Of a stretch of DNA of 64,000 nt, positions 10,068-20,774 are shown piece by piece. The stretch's first letter is position 1; each line of letters starts with the position of its first letter. The notes under the pieces were generated by a model. That model did no database searches, was not told the origin of the DNA, and was given only the letters and a program-made list of their open reading frames with translations. Source of the DNA: an uncultured bacterium (lineage in GTDB: Bacteria > Krumholzibacteriota > Krumholzibacteriia > WVZY01); NCBI GenBank assembly GCA_964464035.1, contig CAYXEN010000007.1:868-64867 (forward strand), in the 5' to 3' direction. The position numbers and the translations under genes are program-made.

Positions 10068-10173
10068 CAACTTGCGCTTGTACACACCGGACGACTATTC
10101 TTGCACATTCGCAGGCAAGGGAGTAGATTATGGGGAAAACAGGGCGGGGTCTTGCAGAAAGAAACGGAGAGAA

Positions 10174-10545
10174 ATGCCGACGAAACCATCGAAATCCATC
10201 GAAACTTTCCCCAACCCCAATCCAGACAGGGACTACGTCATAAGCATGGAATGCCCCGAGTTCACCTGCTTGTGTCCCCGGACGGGCCAACCGGACTTCG
10301 CCACCATCCGGATCCGCTACGTCCCCGACGAGCTCTGCGTGGAGCTCAAATCCCTCAAGCTCTACTTGTGGTCCTACCGGGACGAGGGAGCCTTTCACGA
10401 AGCTGTCGTCAACAGGATTCTCGACGACCTCAAGGAGGCGTGCAAACCCCGCTTCATGGAAGTGACGGGTGATTTCTACGTTCGCGGAGGAATTCATACG
10501 AAGGTGACGGCTTCATTCGGTCGCCCACCGGATTCCAAGGCCTGA
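10174..10545 (+). CDS. queF: NADPH-dependent 7-cyano-7-deazaguanine (preQ0) reductase QueF
   Basis: SD GGAGAG upstream of ATG. The conserved catalytic-Cys region [17 protein letters not shown] and the whole-length match to unimodular QueF (about 120 aa) support the call. Confidence 0.85.
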   Translation: MPTKPSKSIETFPNPNPDRDYVISMECPEFTCLCPRTGQPDFATIRIRYVPDELCVELKSLKLYLWSYRDEGAFHEAVVNRILDDLKEACKPRFMEVTGDFYVRGGIHTKVTASFGRPPDSKA

Positions 10546-10570
10546 TTTCGACCGGGACACGCGGTTTTTT

Positions 10571-11359
10571 TCACTCATCATCCCCGCCTACCATGGGCAC
10601 GAAGCGGACGCTCGTCACCGAGCGCTTTCTTATTTTCCCGCCCGTCTTCTCGAGAAGCACCAGCTCCTGAACGAACTTACCGACCGGGATCACCATCCTG
10701 CCCCCCTCGGCCAGCTGGTCGACGAGAGGCCGCGGAATCGTCTCCGGGGCGGCGGTCACGATGATTGCGTCGAACGGCGCTTCCTCGGGCCAGCCCTTGT
10801 AACCATCCCCTATTCTGACTTCTACGTTCCTGTAGCCCAGTCGCCCGAGGAGTTCCCTCGCCCTTTCCCCCAGAGGCTTCACGATCTCGATGGTATAAAC
10901 CCGATCGACCAGTTCCGCCAGAACGGCGGATTGATAGCCCGAGCCGGTCCCTATCTCGAGCACCTTGTCGGCGGGTTCGAGGGCGAGGAGTTCCGTCATC
11001 AGGGCCACGATGTACGGCTGGGAAATGGTCTGCTCGTATCCTATCGGCAGCGGAGTATCCTCGTACGCCTCCCCGGCTTCTTCTGGAGGAACGAAGAGAT
11101 GCCGAGGCACTTTCTTCATGGCGGCGAGGACTTTCGGATCCTTGATCCCCCTTTTCTCGATCTGCCTCTTCACCATCCCGAGGCGTTCGGTCCTCATTGC
11201 ATCCTCGTCCTTCCGCGGAACCTTCATGCCTTTCTCCTTTTCGATGCCGCGCTCGGTGTTGCATCGGCTTGATGCAACCGCGATGAAGAGAAAAAGAAGA
11301 GCACCGGCCGGCAGCAAGATCCCTATGTACCTGCATCTTCTCGACAATGACTTCGACAT
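10571..11359 (-). CDS. pcm: protein-L-isoaspartate O-methyltransferase with N-terminal membrane/signal segment
   Basis: [15 protein letters not shown]…[18 protein letters not shown]…[17 protein letters not shown] is the classic PIMT motif set. Confidence 0.8.
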   Translation of the reverse strand: MSKSLSRRCRYIGILLPAGALLFLFIAVASSRCNTERGIEKEKGMKVPRKDEDAMRTERLGMVKRQIEKRGIKDPKVLAAMKKVPRHLFVPPEEAGEAYEDTPLPIGYEQTISQPYIVALMTELLALEPADKVLEIGTGSGYQSAVLAELVDRVYTIEIVKPLGERARELLGRLGYRNVEVRIGDGYKGWPEEAPFDAIIVTAAPETIPRPLVDQLAEGGRMVIPVGKFVQELVLLEKTGGKIRKRSVTSVRFVPMVGGDDE

Positions 11360-11611
11360 GAGAACGGACGATGAGAATCTCGGCCAGGGTCAAGCTAACA
11401 CAAATCGTCTCCCGCCTCAACAAACCAAGAGAGATCCTCATGCAGCACGATGGGAGAAGCCCAGGGACCTTTTCACGGTGGGAGACGTATTTGTCGTCAT
11501 CACAACAGATTGCGCGGATGAACACGTACCCGAATCCCACTGCGTCCAATTAATGATAGCCTTGCCTGATCGATTTTAGTAGAATATTATGGAAAGCAGA
11601 GGGGGTGTTCC

Positions 11612-12307
11612 ATGCCGATGATTACTGATTGCAGGGATTGTCCCGCATTCAAGACTGGGATTTTCGCCGGACTGACAGTTGAAGAGCGCGAGAATGCCAT
11701 CTGCATCATGCAGAGAAGGGAATACAAGAAAAGGCGCCCGATCTTCGAAGAGGGCGAATCCTCACACCGAGTCTTCACCATCCGATCAGGCCTGGTCAAA
11801 GTCTACAAGAACGTAAGGGGCAAGCGGGCCCAGGTTCTCAACATTCACGGTCCGGGAGAGCTCCTGGGCATCGAGGCGATAATGGATTCGCGATACCGAA
11901 CGAGCGCCGAAGCCCTAACCAAATGCGAGATATGTGACTGCACCGGGGAGGATTTCAAGTCGATCCTCAAGAACAAACCTTCCGTCTCCATAAGAGTGAG
12001 CGACCTCCTGTACAAGGACATGACCAAGGTGCATTACTTTCTCTGCAATATCGGGACGAAGAAGGCCTACTCCCGGATGGCTTGCGCACTGCTGTTCTTT
12101 CATTCCAAGATGGAGGCCAAGTTGTCGCCTTCCTCGTTCAACCTGCCGGTCATGAGGCACGAGTTGAGCGAACTGATAGGAGTATCCGCCGAGACCATCA
12201 GCCGGCAACTCAAGAGAATGGTTGGCGAAAGAGTCATCAAACTCGAAAACAAGAAAGTAACCGTAATCGACCAAGAAAGACTGCTGGAGATAGCGAACGA
12301 AGACTGA
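11612..12307 (+). CDS. Crp/Fnr family transcriptional regulator (cNMP-binding domain plus C-terminal HTH)
   Basis: cNMP-binding beta-barrel motifs (GPGELLGIEA) and a C-terminal HTH (ELSELIGVSAETISRQLKRM). SD AGGGGG precedes the ATG. Confidence 0.8.
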   Translation: MPMITDCRDCPAFKTGIFAGLTVEERENAICIMQRREYKKRRPIFEEGESSHRVFTIRSGLVKVYKNVRGKRAQVLNIHGPGELLGIEAIMDSRYRTSAEALTKCEICDCTGEDFKSILKNKPSVSIRVSDLLYKDMTKVHYFLCNIGTKKAYSRMACALLFFHSKMEAKLSPSSFNLPVMRHELSELIGVSAETISRQLKRMVGERVIKLENKKVTVIDQERLLEIANED

Positions 12308-12458
12308 AGCCGGCGTCTTTTTCGCTTGTTTCGCTCTCCCCTCTGGCCTAACTTACCTATCACGGGTCATGGTACGCCGTTTCCCAGAACGGCGCCGTAC
12401 GCGAAAGAAGCGGCCTTCGCGGTACCTTCGACCCCGGAGTCTCCATTTCGAGCAACCG

Positions 12459-13595
12459 ATGAGCAAGAAAACCAGCATCGTAACAATAAGCAAATGTCCA
12501 AGTTATGAATATGGCCGGGTCGAGGCCGCCATCCATGCCGCACTGGAGCCCCTCGGAGGAATCAGGGAATTCGTAAGCCCTGGAGACGTCGTTCTCCTGA
12601 AGATAAACCTTCTGGCCGCCAAAGCCCCCGAAAGAGGCATAACCACGCACCCGGTCGTCCTCGAGGCGGTGGCGCGCGAAGTGATGCGCGCGGGCGGAAA
12701 AGTCGTCGTAGGCGACAGTCCCGCGGGAGTACTCAAGGGAATCAAGCGTTTCTGGAAGAACACCGGAGTGGGCCCGGCGGTGGAGCGCCTGGGCGGCGAG
12801 CTCGTAAAGTTCGAGGGATCCGGCACCAAGGAGTATCGTTCAAACGGCAGGACTTATCATCTCACGTCATTCCTGGACAGGGTGGACGTCGTGATCAACC
12901 TGCCGAAGTTGAAAACGCACGGCCTCACCCTTTTTACCGGCGCGGTGAAGAACTGCTTCGGTCTCGTACCCGGGTTCCAGAAGTCGGAGTTCCACAAAGC
13001 GGCCCCCAAGGTCGAGCCTTTTTCCAACCTGCTCGTCGACGTCTTCGGTTTCGCGCGGCCGAGATTGAACATCATGGACGGGGTCCTCGGGCTCGAGGGC
13101 AACGGGCCGTCCACGAGTGGATCGGCCAGGGAGGTCGGCCTGCTGCTCGCTTCCCCCGACGCCGTAGCCATGGACGCCGTGGCTGCGCGTATCATCGGCC
13201 TCGAGGAAGGCGTCGTTGCGACCACCCGGATAGCGGCTTCACGGGGTCTCGGGGAGGGGGAGCTTCGAGCCATAGCCGTCGAGGGGGCGGACCTCGACGA
13301 GATCGCGATCGGCGATTACAAGCTGCCCTCGAACTATTATCTCAACTTCATCCCCACCGCGCTGGTCAAGCTGTTGGGCCGTTTCGTCTGGGTCCGGCCG
13401 AAGGCGGAATCTTCCAAGTGCACCGGTTGCGGCATATGCATCAAGAACTGTCCGGTCGACGCGATGACTCCCAACCGGCACAGGATCCCGGAGATCGACT
13501 ACTCTCTTTGCATAAGCTGCCTGAGTTGCGACGAGTCCTGCCCCGAGGACGCAATCGAACAGAAGGTGAGCTGGCTGGCGAGAAAGCTCACCTAG
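12459..13595 (+). CDS. DUF362 domain protein with C-terminal 2x[4Fe-4S] ferredoxin domain
   Basis: DUF362-like body followed by CTGCGICIKNCP and CISCLSCDESCP cluster motifs. The start is chosen at MSKKTS; the upstream part of the ORF-track frame is Arg-rich junk. Confidence 0.65.
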   Translation: MSKKTSIVTISKCPSYEYGRVEAAIHAALEPLGGIREFVSPGDVVLLKINLLAAKAPERGITTHPVVLEAVAREVMRAGGKVVVGDSPAGVLKGIKRFWKNTGVGPAVERLGGELVKFEGSGTKEYRSNGRTYHLTSFLDRVDVVINLPKLKTHGLTLFTGAVKNCFGLVPGFQKSEFHKAAPKVEPFSNLLVDVFGFARPRLNIMDGVLGLEGNGPSTSGSAREVGLLLASPDAVAMDAVAARIIGLEEGVVATTRIAASRGLGEGELRAIAVEGADLDEIAIGDYKLPSNYYLNFIPTALVKLLGRFVWVRPKAESSKCTGCGICIKNCPVDAMTPNRHRIPEIDYSLCISCLSCDESCPEDAIEQKVSWLARKLT

Positions 13596-13700
13596 ACGGC
13601 TCCGCCGGAGGCCGCCCCCGCCCTCCCGGGCGCGGCGACGAACTAATCCCTTTCAAACAACCCGTTCCTTTGCTATAAGTGGCTGTAACCAGGAGGTCGA

Positions 13701-14728
13701 TCATGAAGGATCTCATAATAGCGGCTTCGATAACGGCCGGCAGCTTCATCCTCGGATTGATCATCGAGAAGATAGTGCTCGCCCGGATCGCCAAACTCAC
13801 GGAGAAAACCAAGTGGAGACTGGACGACGTGGTGCTCGGCTCCCTGCGCGGTGTCATGGTGACTCTCTTCACTCTCTTCGGCCTCCGCGCCTCCGTCCCT
13901 TACCTCCCCTTCTCCCCCGGGATCGAGTCGGTTCTCTCCAAAGTGGTGCTGGTGGCGATTCTCCTCGCCGTCACCGTACTGGGCATGCGTCTCCTTGGAA
14001 GACTGACCGTCATGTACGCGAACACAGTGCTTCCCGCTTCGACGAGCATCTTCAAGAACATCGTCAACATCATAGTTCTCGTGTTCGGGCTCCTCATGAT
14101 CTTTCAGACCCTCGGCATAAACATAACGCCGATGATCACCGCCCTGGGAGTGGGCGGTCTCGCCGTCGCGCTGGCCTTGCAGGATACGCTGTCGAACCTC
14201 TTTGCCGGCTTGCACCTGATAGCGGTGAAACAAATCCGCCCCAACGACTACGTGAAACTCAACACGGGAGAAGAGGGATACGTCGTGGACATCGGCTGGA
14301 GGAACACGACGATAAGGATGCTGCGGAACAACCTCATCATCGTGCCGAACACCGTAATCGCATCGTCGATCATAACCAACTACTTCCTTCCCGAGAAGAC
14401 TCTCTCTACTTCCGTCGAGGTAGGAGTCAGCTACGCGAGCGACCTGGATAAGGTTGAAAAAGTCACCAAGGAGGTGGCGAGGAACATCCTCGCCGAGGTT
14501 CCCGGGGGAGTTCCCGATTTCGAGCCCATCTTCAGGTACTATGCCTTCGACGACTCGAGCATCAACTTCAGGGTCATCCTGCGAAGCAAGGAATTCGTCG
14601 ACCAATACCTTCTCCGGCACGAGTTCATCAAGGCGCTGCACAAGCGCTTCAACGAAGAAGGAATAGAGATTCCTTTCCCCATCCGAACGGTCTACATGCA
14701 CGAAGAAGGTGTGACGGAGAAAGCTTGA
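13701..14728 (+). CDS. small-conductance mechanosensitive channel (MscS family)
   Basis: Three TM helices followed by the MscS beta domain (…TPMITALGVGGLAVALALQDTLSNLFAG…). Strong SD AGGAGG precedes the ATG at 13701. Confidence 0.8.
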
Positions 14729-14744
14729 GATTCCATCCCGCCGA

Positions 14745-15461
14745 TCAGAGTTTGTGGAAGAGAATCGCCTTCTTGACCCGCGCGATGCAGTCCGTCACGT
14801 CTATCTCCCGGGGACAACAATCCGTGCAGTTGAAAATCGTATGGCACCTCCACGCCCCGTCCCGGTCGTTTATGACCTCGAAGCGCTCGGCGGCTCCCTC
14901 GTCCCTGCTGTCCAGGATGAAGCGGGCCGCCTGTACCATGGCCGCGGGCCCTAGATAATCCTCGTTCGCCCAGAACGAGGGGCACGACGAGGTGCAGCTG
15001 GCGCAGAGAATGCACTTGGAAGGCTCGTCCACCTCGAGCCTGTCCTCGGGGCTCTGGATCCTCTCCCGGGTGGGCGGTGGCGACTTGGTTATGAGGTAAG
15101 GCTTTATCGACTCGTACTTCTTGAAGAACGGCTCCATGTCCACGACGAGATCCTTCACCACCTTGAATCCCCTGAGCGGCCTGATGTTCACCTTGCGGGG
15201 ATTCTTGAGGTCCTGCATCAGGATCTGGCAGGCAAGCCCGTTCATGCCGTTGATCTCCATCGCATCGGAGCCGCAGACCCCGTGCGCACACGATTTGCGA
15301 AGTGTCAACGTGCCGTCGATTTCGTCCTTGATCCTCAAGAGCACGTCGAGCACCCTCTCCTTGGGATCCACTTCGAGAGTGTATTCCTTGTATTGCGGTC
15401 TCTGATCCTTTTCGGGATCGAAACGCAGTATGCGAAAAGTCGTTTTCATTTCCTGATTCAA
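14745..15461 (-). CDS. sdhB: succinate dehydrogenase / fumarate reductase iron-sulfur subunit
   Basis: Carries the 2Fe-2S, 4Fe-4S and 3Fe-4S motifs (CAHGVCGSDAMEINGMNGLAC; CILCASCTSSCP; CHTIFNCTDCCP). Confidence 0.9.
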   Translation of the reverse strand: MNQEMKTTFRILRFDPEKDQRPQYKEYTLEVDPKERVLDVLLRIKDEIDGTLTLRKSCAHGVCGSDAMEINGMNGLACQILMQDLKNPRKVNIRPLRGFKVVKDLVVDMEPFFKKYESIKPYLITKSPPPTRERIQSPEDRLEVDEPSKCILCASCTSSCPSFWANEDYLGPAAMVQAARFILDSRDEGAAERFEVINDRDGAWRCHTIFNCTDCCPREIDVTDCIARVKKAILFHKL

Positions 15462-15520
15462 CCCCTTTCCAGCGCGTCGCGCCAGGGCCCTCGGGCCCGA
15501 TCGTGGTTACACCGCGGTTA

Positions 15521-17245
15521 TCAGTATTTCCTTTCCTTCGGTTGGAAGCGCGTGATCGAAACAGGCTTGAACCTGAATTCCACTTCTTCCCCCTTCTTGT
15601 AAGCCAGCGTGTGCTTGAGCCAGTTCGCATCGTCCCGTTTGGGGAAATCCTCGCGGAAGTGCGCACCCCTGCTCTCTTCCCGCGCAGCAGCGGAGCGTAT
15701 TATTACTTCGGAGAACTCGAGCATCGATCCCAGTTCGAAAGCTTCCAAGAGCTCGGTGTTGAATCTCCTGCCCTTGTCGTCGATGCTCACGGAATGGTAC
15801 CTGTCCCTGAGCTCCTTGACTTTCTCCAGTGCCGCGTCGAGCGACTTTCTTTGCCTGAAGACGGAAACGTTGTCCATCATCGTATCCTGGAGTTCTTTTC
15901 TCAAGACCGCGACCTTCTCCTTGCCGGTGCTCGTCCTGATCTTCTCCAGGTTCTCGGTGATCGGCGCGGCGCATTTCTCGTCGAGGGGATGGAAATCGAT
16001 CTCTTTGACGTAGGAACCCATGTGGCGCCCCGCCCGGCGCCCGAAGACGTTGATGTCGAGGAGTGAATTCGTCCCCAGCCGGTTCGCCCCGTGGACCGAC
16101 ACGCATGCGCATTCCCCCGCGGCGTAGAGGCCGCTTACGGGAGTGTTGCGCTCGTCAGATATCACACGTCCGTCTATGTCGGTGGGGATGCCCCCCATTG
16201 CGTAATGGCAAGTGGGTTGCACCGGAATCGGCTCGACCACCGGGTCGACGCCGAGATAGGTGCGCGCGAACATCGTGATGTCGGGGAGCTTCTCCTTTAT
16301 AGCCTTTTCGCCCAGCTGCCTGATATCGAGGTAGACATAGTCCTTGCCTCCAATGCCCCTGCCCTCCCTTATCTCCTGGTATATGCACCTCGACACCATG
16401 TCCCTCGGCGCCAGGTCCTTTATCGTGGGAGCGTATTTCTCCATGAAGCGTTCGCCCTTGTCGTTGAGAAGGATGCCGCCTTCACCCCTCGCCGCCTCGG
16501 TGATGAGGATCCCCAGCTTGTAGCATCCCGTCGGGTGGAACTGGACGAACTCCATGTCCTCCAGCGGAACCCCGCGACGGTAGAGAATGCTCATCCCGTC
16601 GCCGGTATAAGAGTACGCGTTGGAAGTCGTACGGTACGCCCTCCCGTAGCCCCCGGTGGCGAAGCAGACCGCCTTGGCTTGGAATACGTGCATCTCGCCT
16701 GTGGCTATCTCGACGGCCACGACTCCCTTGCACACGTTGTCCTCTATTATGCAGTCCACCACCATGAACTCGGGGAATATCCTCACGTTGTTCTTTATGC
16801 ATTGCTGGTAGAGAGTCTGGAGGATCATGTGCCCGGTCCGGTCCGCGCTGTAGCACGCTCTCTTGACCGGCACCTTGCCGAAATCCCTGGTATGCCCGCC
16901 GAAAGGCCTCTGGCCTATGAGTCCCTTGGCGTTACGGGAGAAAGGCAATCCCATGTGCTCGAGTTCGTAGACGATCTCGATCGCTTCCTTGCACATCACT
17001 TCGATCGCGTCCTGGTCGCCGAGGTAGTCGCTGCCCTTGACCGTATCGAACATGTGCCACTCCCAGTTGTCCTCCTCCTCGTTTCCCAGAGCGGCGCTCA
17101 CCCCGCCTTGAGCCGCTCCCGTGTGCGAGCGCACGGGGTAAAGCTTCGTCACCACCGCCACGTCGGCGTGCTTGGCCGCTTCCAGGGCGGCACGCAAGGC
17201 CGCGCCGCCTGCGCCAACGATCACCACGTCATGTTTGTGTATCAT
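15521..17245 (-). CDS. sdhA: succinate dehydrogenase / fumarate reductase flavoprotein subunit
   Basis: FAD-binding N-terminus VVIVGAGGAALRAALEA plus the covalent-FAD His region RSHTGAAQGG; 574 aa full length. Confidence 0.9.
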   Translation of the reverse strand: MIHKHDVVIVGAGGAALRAALEAAKHADVAVVTKLYPVRSHTGAAQGGVSAALGNEEEDNWEWHMFDTVKGSDYLGDQDAIEVMCKEAIEIVYELEHMGLPFSRNAKGLIGQRPFGGHTRDFGKVPVKRACYSADRTGHMILQTLYQQCIKNNVRIFPEFMVVDCIIEDNVCKGVVAVEIATGEMHVFQAKAVCFATGGYGRAYRTTSNAYSYTGDGMSILYRRGVPLEDMEFVQFHPTGCYKLGILITEAARGEGGILLNDKGERFMEKYAPTIKDLAPRDMVSRCIYQEIREGRGIGGKDYVYLDIRQLGEKAIKEKLPDITMFARTYLGVDPVVEPIPVQPTCHYAMGGIPTDIDGRVISDERNTPVSGLYAAGECACVSVHGANRLGTNSLLDINVFGRRAGRHMGSYVKEIDFHPLDEKCAAPITENLEKIRTSTGKEKVAVLRKELQDTMMDNVSVFRQRKSLDAALEKVKELRDRYHSVSIDDKGRRFNTELLEAFELGSMLEFSEVIIRSAAAREESRGAHFREDFPKRDDANWLKHTLAYKKGEEVEFRFKPVSITRFQPKERKY

Positions 17246-17351
17246 CTCGAAACTCCTTCTCTATCTTCATCGTTCAACAGATCTCAGCGATGAAAAATAC
17301 GTTTCATACTCCTGATCGCTTCGCCCGGACCCGCCTTCTCCTCTCCCGGCG

Positions 17352-17711
17352 CTACGACGCCTGGAAAGACAATATCGTCACGCTTCCCAGGAGGAAGAGC
17401 AGAGAAGCCAGGATGAAAGCGAAACTCACCCAGAATATCCTCGCACCGTTGGAACGAATGTAATCGTCGGCCACCATCTTGAAGCCGTAGAACCCGTGCC
17501 AGAGGGCGAGAATGAGAAATCCCTCGTCGAAAATCTTCCACAGAGGGTTGGAGAAGCGATCGGCGACCCACTTGTAGGTTATATCGCTGGATCTCACGTA
17601 GAAATGCATGATGAAGAAGTGAAAAAGCAGCATCAACAAGAGGACGACCCCGCTCACTCTCTGAAAGAACCAACTCAACAGCCCGCTGTTACTGCTTCCT
17701 TTGAAGCTCAT
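17352..17711 (-). CDS. sdhD: succinate dehydrogenase membrane anchor subunit
   Basis: 119-aa protein with three TM helices, positioned between sdhC and sdhA. Confidence 0.7.
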   Translation of the reverse strand: MSFKGSSNSGLLSWFFQRVSGVVLLLMLLFHFFIMHFYVRSSDITYKWVADRFSNPLWKIFDEGFLILALWHGFYGFKMVADDYIRSNGARIFWVSFAFILASLLFLLGSVTILSFQAS

Positions 17712-17729
17712 TTCCTTACTCCTTTATGC

Positions 17730-18065
17730 TTAAAAGAGCAGCAATCCCGCTCCGACCAGAAACAACCCGACAGTAAGAAGCATCGACACGGCGAAAGCGG
17801 CGCGATGGTATCTCGCCCCGCCGAAGAAGTCCACCAGTACGATGCGCACGCCGTTGAATGCATGGTAGAGAACGGCCCCGAAGAGCATGAGCTCACCGAA
17901 CTTGATCAACGGCTTGTCGAATGTGGCAATCACTTCGTTGAAGGCTTCCGGGCCTTTGCCGAGCATGTGCATTTCCCATATGTGCAGCACGAGAAAGAAC
18001 ACCAAGCCCAGGCCCGTGAGCCTGTGCAGAATCCAGGCAAACATGCCTGATTTCACCTTGTACAT
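17730..18065 (-). CDS. sdhC: succinate dehydrogenase cytochrome b subunit
   Basis: 111-aa protein with three TM helices and a His-containing RLTGLGLVFFLVLHIW motif; first gene of the sdhCDAB operon. Confidence 0.75.
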   Translation of the reverse strand: MYKVKSGMFAWILHRLTGLGLVFFLVLHIWEMHMLGKGPEAFNEVIATFDKPLIKFGELMLFGAVLYHAFNGVRIVLVDFFGGARYHRAAFAVSMLLTVGLFLVGAGLLLF

Positions 18066-18178
18066 GTCGCCTCCTTGTCCATCGATTCAAAAACCCGTTC
18101 TATGGGGGAGTCGGTCGTCGGATGAAACTCCGCGGTATCTCGATCGTTTCGCCTAGCCGCCTTGCGCAGCATTCCCCA

Positions 18179-18841
18179 TCACTTCCCAGGCATCTCGAAT
18201 TTCATGAAAGCCTCGTGGCTCCACGGCATCTTGGCCTTGAAGATCTCGTTTATCTTCTCGGCATAGGCACGAATCTCGTACTGGGCGTGAGCGTCCGTGC
18301 GCAGCTTCAGGAAATTGATCAATGACCTCGTGTTGACGGTCCAGTAGAACTGGGTGTAGAGCGACAGGGGAAGAACTATCCTGGCCAGTTCCTTGGCCAC
18401 GCCCCTATCGAGGAACTCCTCGTAAAGATCGTGAAGCTTCTCGTAGATATCATCCAGCTTGTCGCTCAGATCATCGGACCGGTCCTTGTCCATCTCGACG
18501 TACTTGTAATCCTTGTCCTTCTGAGTCCGCCACACTTCGGGCTTGTAGAACTCGTACTTCATCTCCGTGTATCGCCCGGAGATCTCGTTGAAGCTCGACC
18601 AGCGGTGCCGGAACCATTGCCTCGCGACGAATATGGGGCACTTGACGTGAAACTTGAAGAGGGAATGCTCGAAAGGAGTATGATGACCGTGCTCCATCAG
18701 GTAATTGATGAGCATGCGGTCCTTCTCTTCACCCTTGCTCCCCTTGCCGAAGGAAACACGCGCCGCCTGCACCACCGCGTCGTCGCCGCCGAGAAAATCC
18801 ACCAGCCTGACGAAGCCTTTATCGAGCACGTTGAATTCCAT
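18179..18841 (-). CDS. thyX: FAD-dependent thymidylate synthase ThyX
   Basis: ThyX RHRxxSxNExSxRY motif (RHRWSSFNEISGRY). The start is chosen at MEFNVLDKGFVRL, which has SD GGAGA; the ORF-track start is 12 nt upstream. Confidence 0.9.
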   Translation of the reverse strand: MEFNVLDKGFVRLVDFLGGDDAVVQAARVSFGKGSKGEEKDRMLINYLMEHGHHTPFEHSLFKFHVKCPIFVARQWFRHRWSSFNEISGRYTEMKYEFYKPEVWRTQKDKDYKYVEMDKDRSDDLSDKLDDIYEKLHDLYEEFLDRGVAKELARIVLPLSLYTQFYWTVNTRSLINFLKLRTDAHAQYEIRAYAEKINEIFKAKMPWSHEAFMKFEMPGK

Positions 18842-19068
18842 GATTGTCTCCATTCGGAAGTGCAGCGAAGTCGAGTGAGTTTATTGCAGGCGATGAAAAT
18901 TTGCAAGCCCGAAGAAGAACAACAACGCGAGAAAAAAGTGCTTCGCCGGTCTCACGCCGGCACCGGTGCCCTGCGCCCGGATGATTATCCATATAGCCAA
19001 TTGATAAATTTGATATTATCCTCTTGAAAGAAACCACGGACAAAGAAATCAGTCTCGAGGAGGCATAA

Positions 19069-19533
19069 ATGACTGCACTGAAACTGATCGGGGTGATCGG
19101 ATCGGGGGATTGCGACGACGAGACTTCCGCCCTGGCTTACGCGGTGGGAAAAGGGATAGCGGAGGCCGGATTCGCCCTGGTCTGCGGAGGGCTCGGGGGA
19201 GTGATGGAGAGCGCCTGCAAGGGGGCTGTGGCGGCGGGAGGGCTCACTGTCGGGATCCTTCCCGGCGAGTCGCCCGAACACGCGAACCCGTACGTCAAGG
19301 TGAGGATAGCGACGGGGATGGGGATCGCCCGCAACACGATCATCGTGAGGACGGCCTGCTCTATTATAGCACTGAGCGGCGGGGCAGGCACGCTCTCGGA
19401 GATGGCGTTCGCCGTCAAATCGGGCACTCCCGTGGTGAGCCTCAAGAGCTTCGCGCCGTTCCCCGAGATCGTCAAGGTCGAGAGCCCCGCCGAGGCCGTG
19501 GCCAAGGCGATCGCCCTGGCACAGCTCTCTTGA
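19069..19533 (+). CDS. TIGR00725 / LOG-like Rossmann-fold nucleotide-binding protein
   Basis: Small Rossmann protein with GGxGxMEA and GGAGTLSE motifs. SD AGGAGG precedes the ATG. Confidence 0.6.
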   Translation: MTALKLIGVIGSGDCDDETSALAYAVGKGIAEAGFALVCGGLGGVMESACKGAVAAGGLTVGILPGESPEHANPYVKVRIATGMGIARNTIIVRTACSIIALSGGAGTLSEMAFAVKSGTPVVSLKSFAPFPEIVKVESPAEAVAKAIALAQLS

Positions 19534-19600
19534 TGGCGGTGGAGCACCGGCAAGGGGGCGTATAGCCGCCACCCGCTTCTTGGGAGGCCGGCTGGCTCGA

Positions 19601-20587
19601 TCACCCGGCTGCGGTTCGCGCGATCATCCAGGCGCGGAGACCAGAAAGTCCCATGGGCACTAGGATGGGGTAGAGCGGCATGAGCAGCCTCACTTCCTTC
19701 CAGACGCCGAAAACCGCCAGGAGGACGAGATAAGGCAGGGCTACCAGGGAGAGTCTCTTCACGAAACTCGGGGCCATCGCGTACCCGGTCGCAATGAAGT
19801 ACCAGAAGATCCCCATGAAGAGAGTCACGTTCATGAGTGCATAGAACAGATTCCTTGGCTCGAGGTTCTTGCGCAGGATATAGGCCAGGCTGTGCACGTA
19901 GGGCGCCTCGCCTTGATAGAGCCGGACCAGAAGGTAGGCGGCGATCCACGCGAGCGAGAGGAGGAGAAAGATAACGAGCATCCTTCCTCGCCTCTCGGTC
20001 CGACCCGGCGAGAGAGCGATGTAGAAAAGAGGTATGAAAAACGACGTTTCCCGGTTGAACGCGGCCAGGATCGTGAGGACGGCCAGCGACCTGATCCTCC
20101 CCGCGTGAATGAGCGAAGCCGCGAGAGCGAAAGCGAGCGCATTGGCGAGAGACCACGGCTGAAAGTAGTGGTCACGCAGGGCGACCACCATGGAAACCAC
20201 CACCACCACGCCTCCAAGAAAGGCTTCCCACGGCTCGAAGAAGTTCGCGAAAAACGAGTAGAGAACGAGAACCGCGAGGACGATCGCCAAAGCCTCGAGA
20301 AGCGCGTAGGCGAAGAGAAGGGCTCGGTCGTAACCGAGTGCACCGGAACCGATCCTCGCGCCGCCTTCCGCCAGGAGCGGCACGAGGATCCTGTAGCGAT
20401 AGGGAGATGGAGCCGACTTCGCGATTATCTCGTGGTGGAGCTCGGCTCTGGCAGCATGCTTGGGGACGTCGATCTCCCTGAAATGCATGTACCAGACCGC
20501 CAGGGCGGCCCACGCCAGGACGAATTGGAAGGCTCTCTTTCGCGAAACGCTCATCCGAGCGTTCTCCTTTCCCCTGGAGCTTCCCAC
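19601..20587 (-). CDS. polytopic integral membrane protein, function unknown
   Basis: 328 aa with about 8 predicted TM helices; no recognisable catalytic motif. Confidence 0.5.
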   Translation of the reverse strand: MGSSRGKENARMSVSRKRAFQFVLAWAALAVWYMHFREIDVPKHAARAELHHEIIAKSAPSPYRYRILVPLLAEGGARIGSGALGYDRALLFAYALLEALAIVLAVLVLYSFFANFFEPWEAFLGGVVVVVSMVVALRDHYFQPWSLANALAFALAASLIHAGRIRSLAVLTILAAFNRETSFFIPLFYIALSPGRTERRGRMLVIFLLLSLAWIAAYLLVRLYQGEAPYVHSLAYILRKNLEPRNLFYALMNVTLFMGIFWYFIATGYAMAPSFVKRLSLVALPYLVLLAVFGVWKEVRLLMPLYPILVPMGLSGLRAWMIARTAAG

Positions 20588-20774
20588 TAAGGCTGCATCG
20601 CCGGGGGCGATCAGGCGTACTATAGATTATGACCGGCACGTGGTAAACAGATATTTACACCTGCCTTCCTCTCGTGTAACCTATGATCCATTTCGAGGGC
20701 AAATGTAATACACCGCGCATCACCAAGCTTGAACTTCCCACCTCGCTCTCGCAAGAAAGATCGGAGATCAAACA

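Noticed and set aside
10060-10173. preQ1 riboswitch in the queF leader
   Set aside because: No hairpin-plus-A-rich-tail aptamer resembling preQ1-I or preQ1-II could be recognised by eye. Left as a scan suggestion only.
18854-19068. Tandem TTGATA-N3-TTGATA motif upstream of the TIGR00725 gene as a regulator binding site
   Set aside because: It is a single short direct repeat in an AT-rich divergent promoter region, which is more simply explained as -35/-10-like promoter elements.
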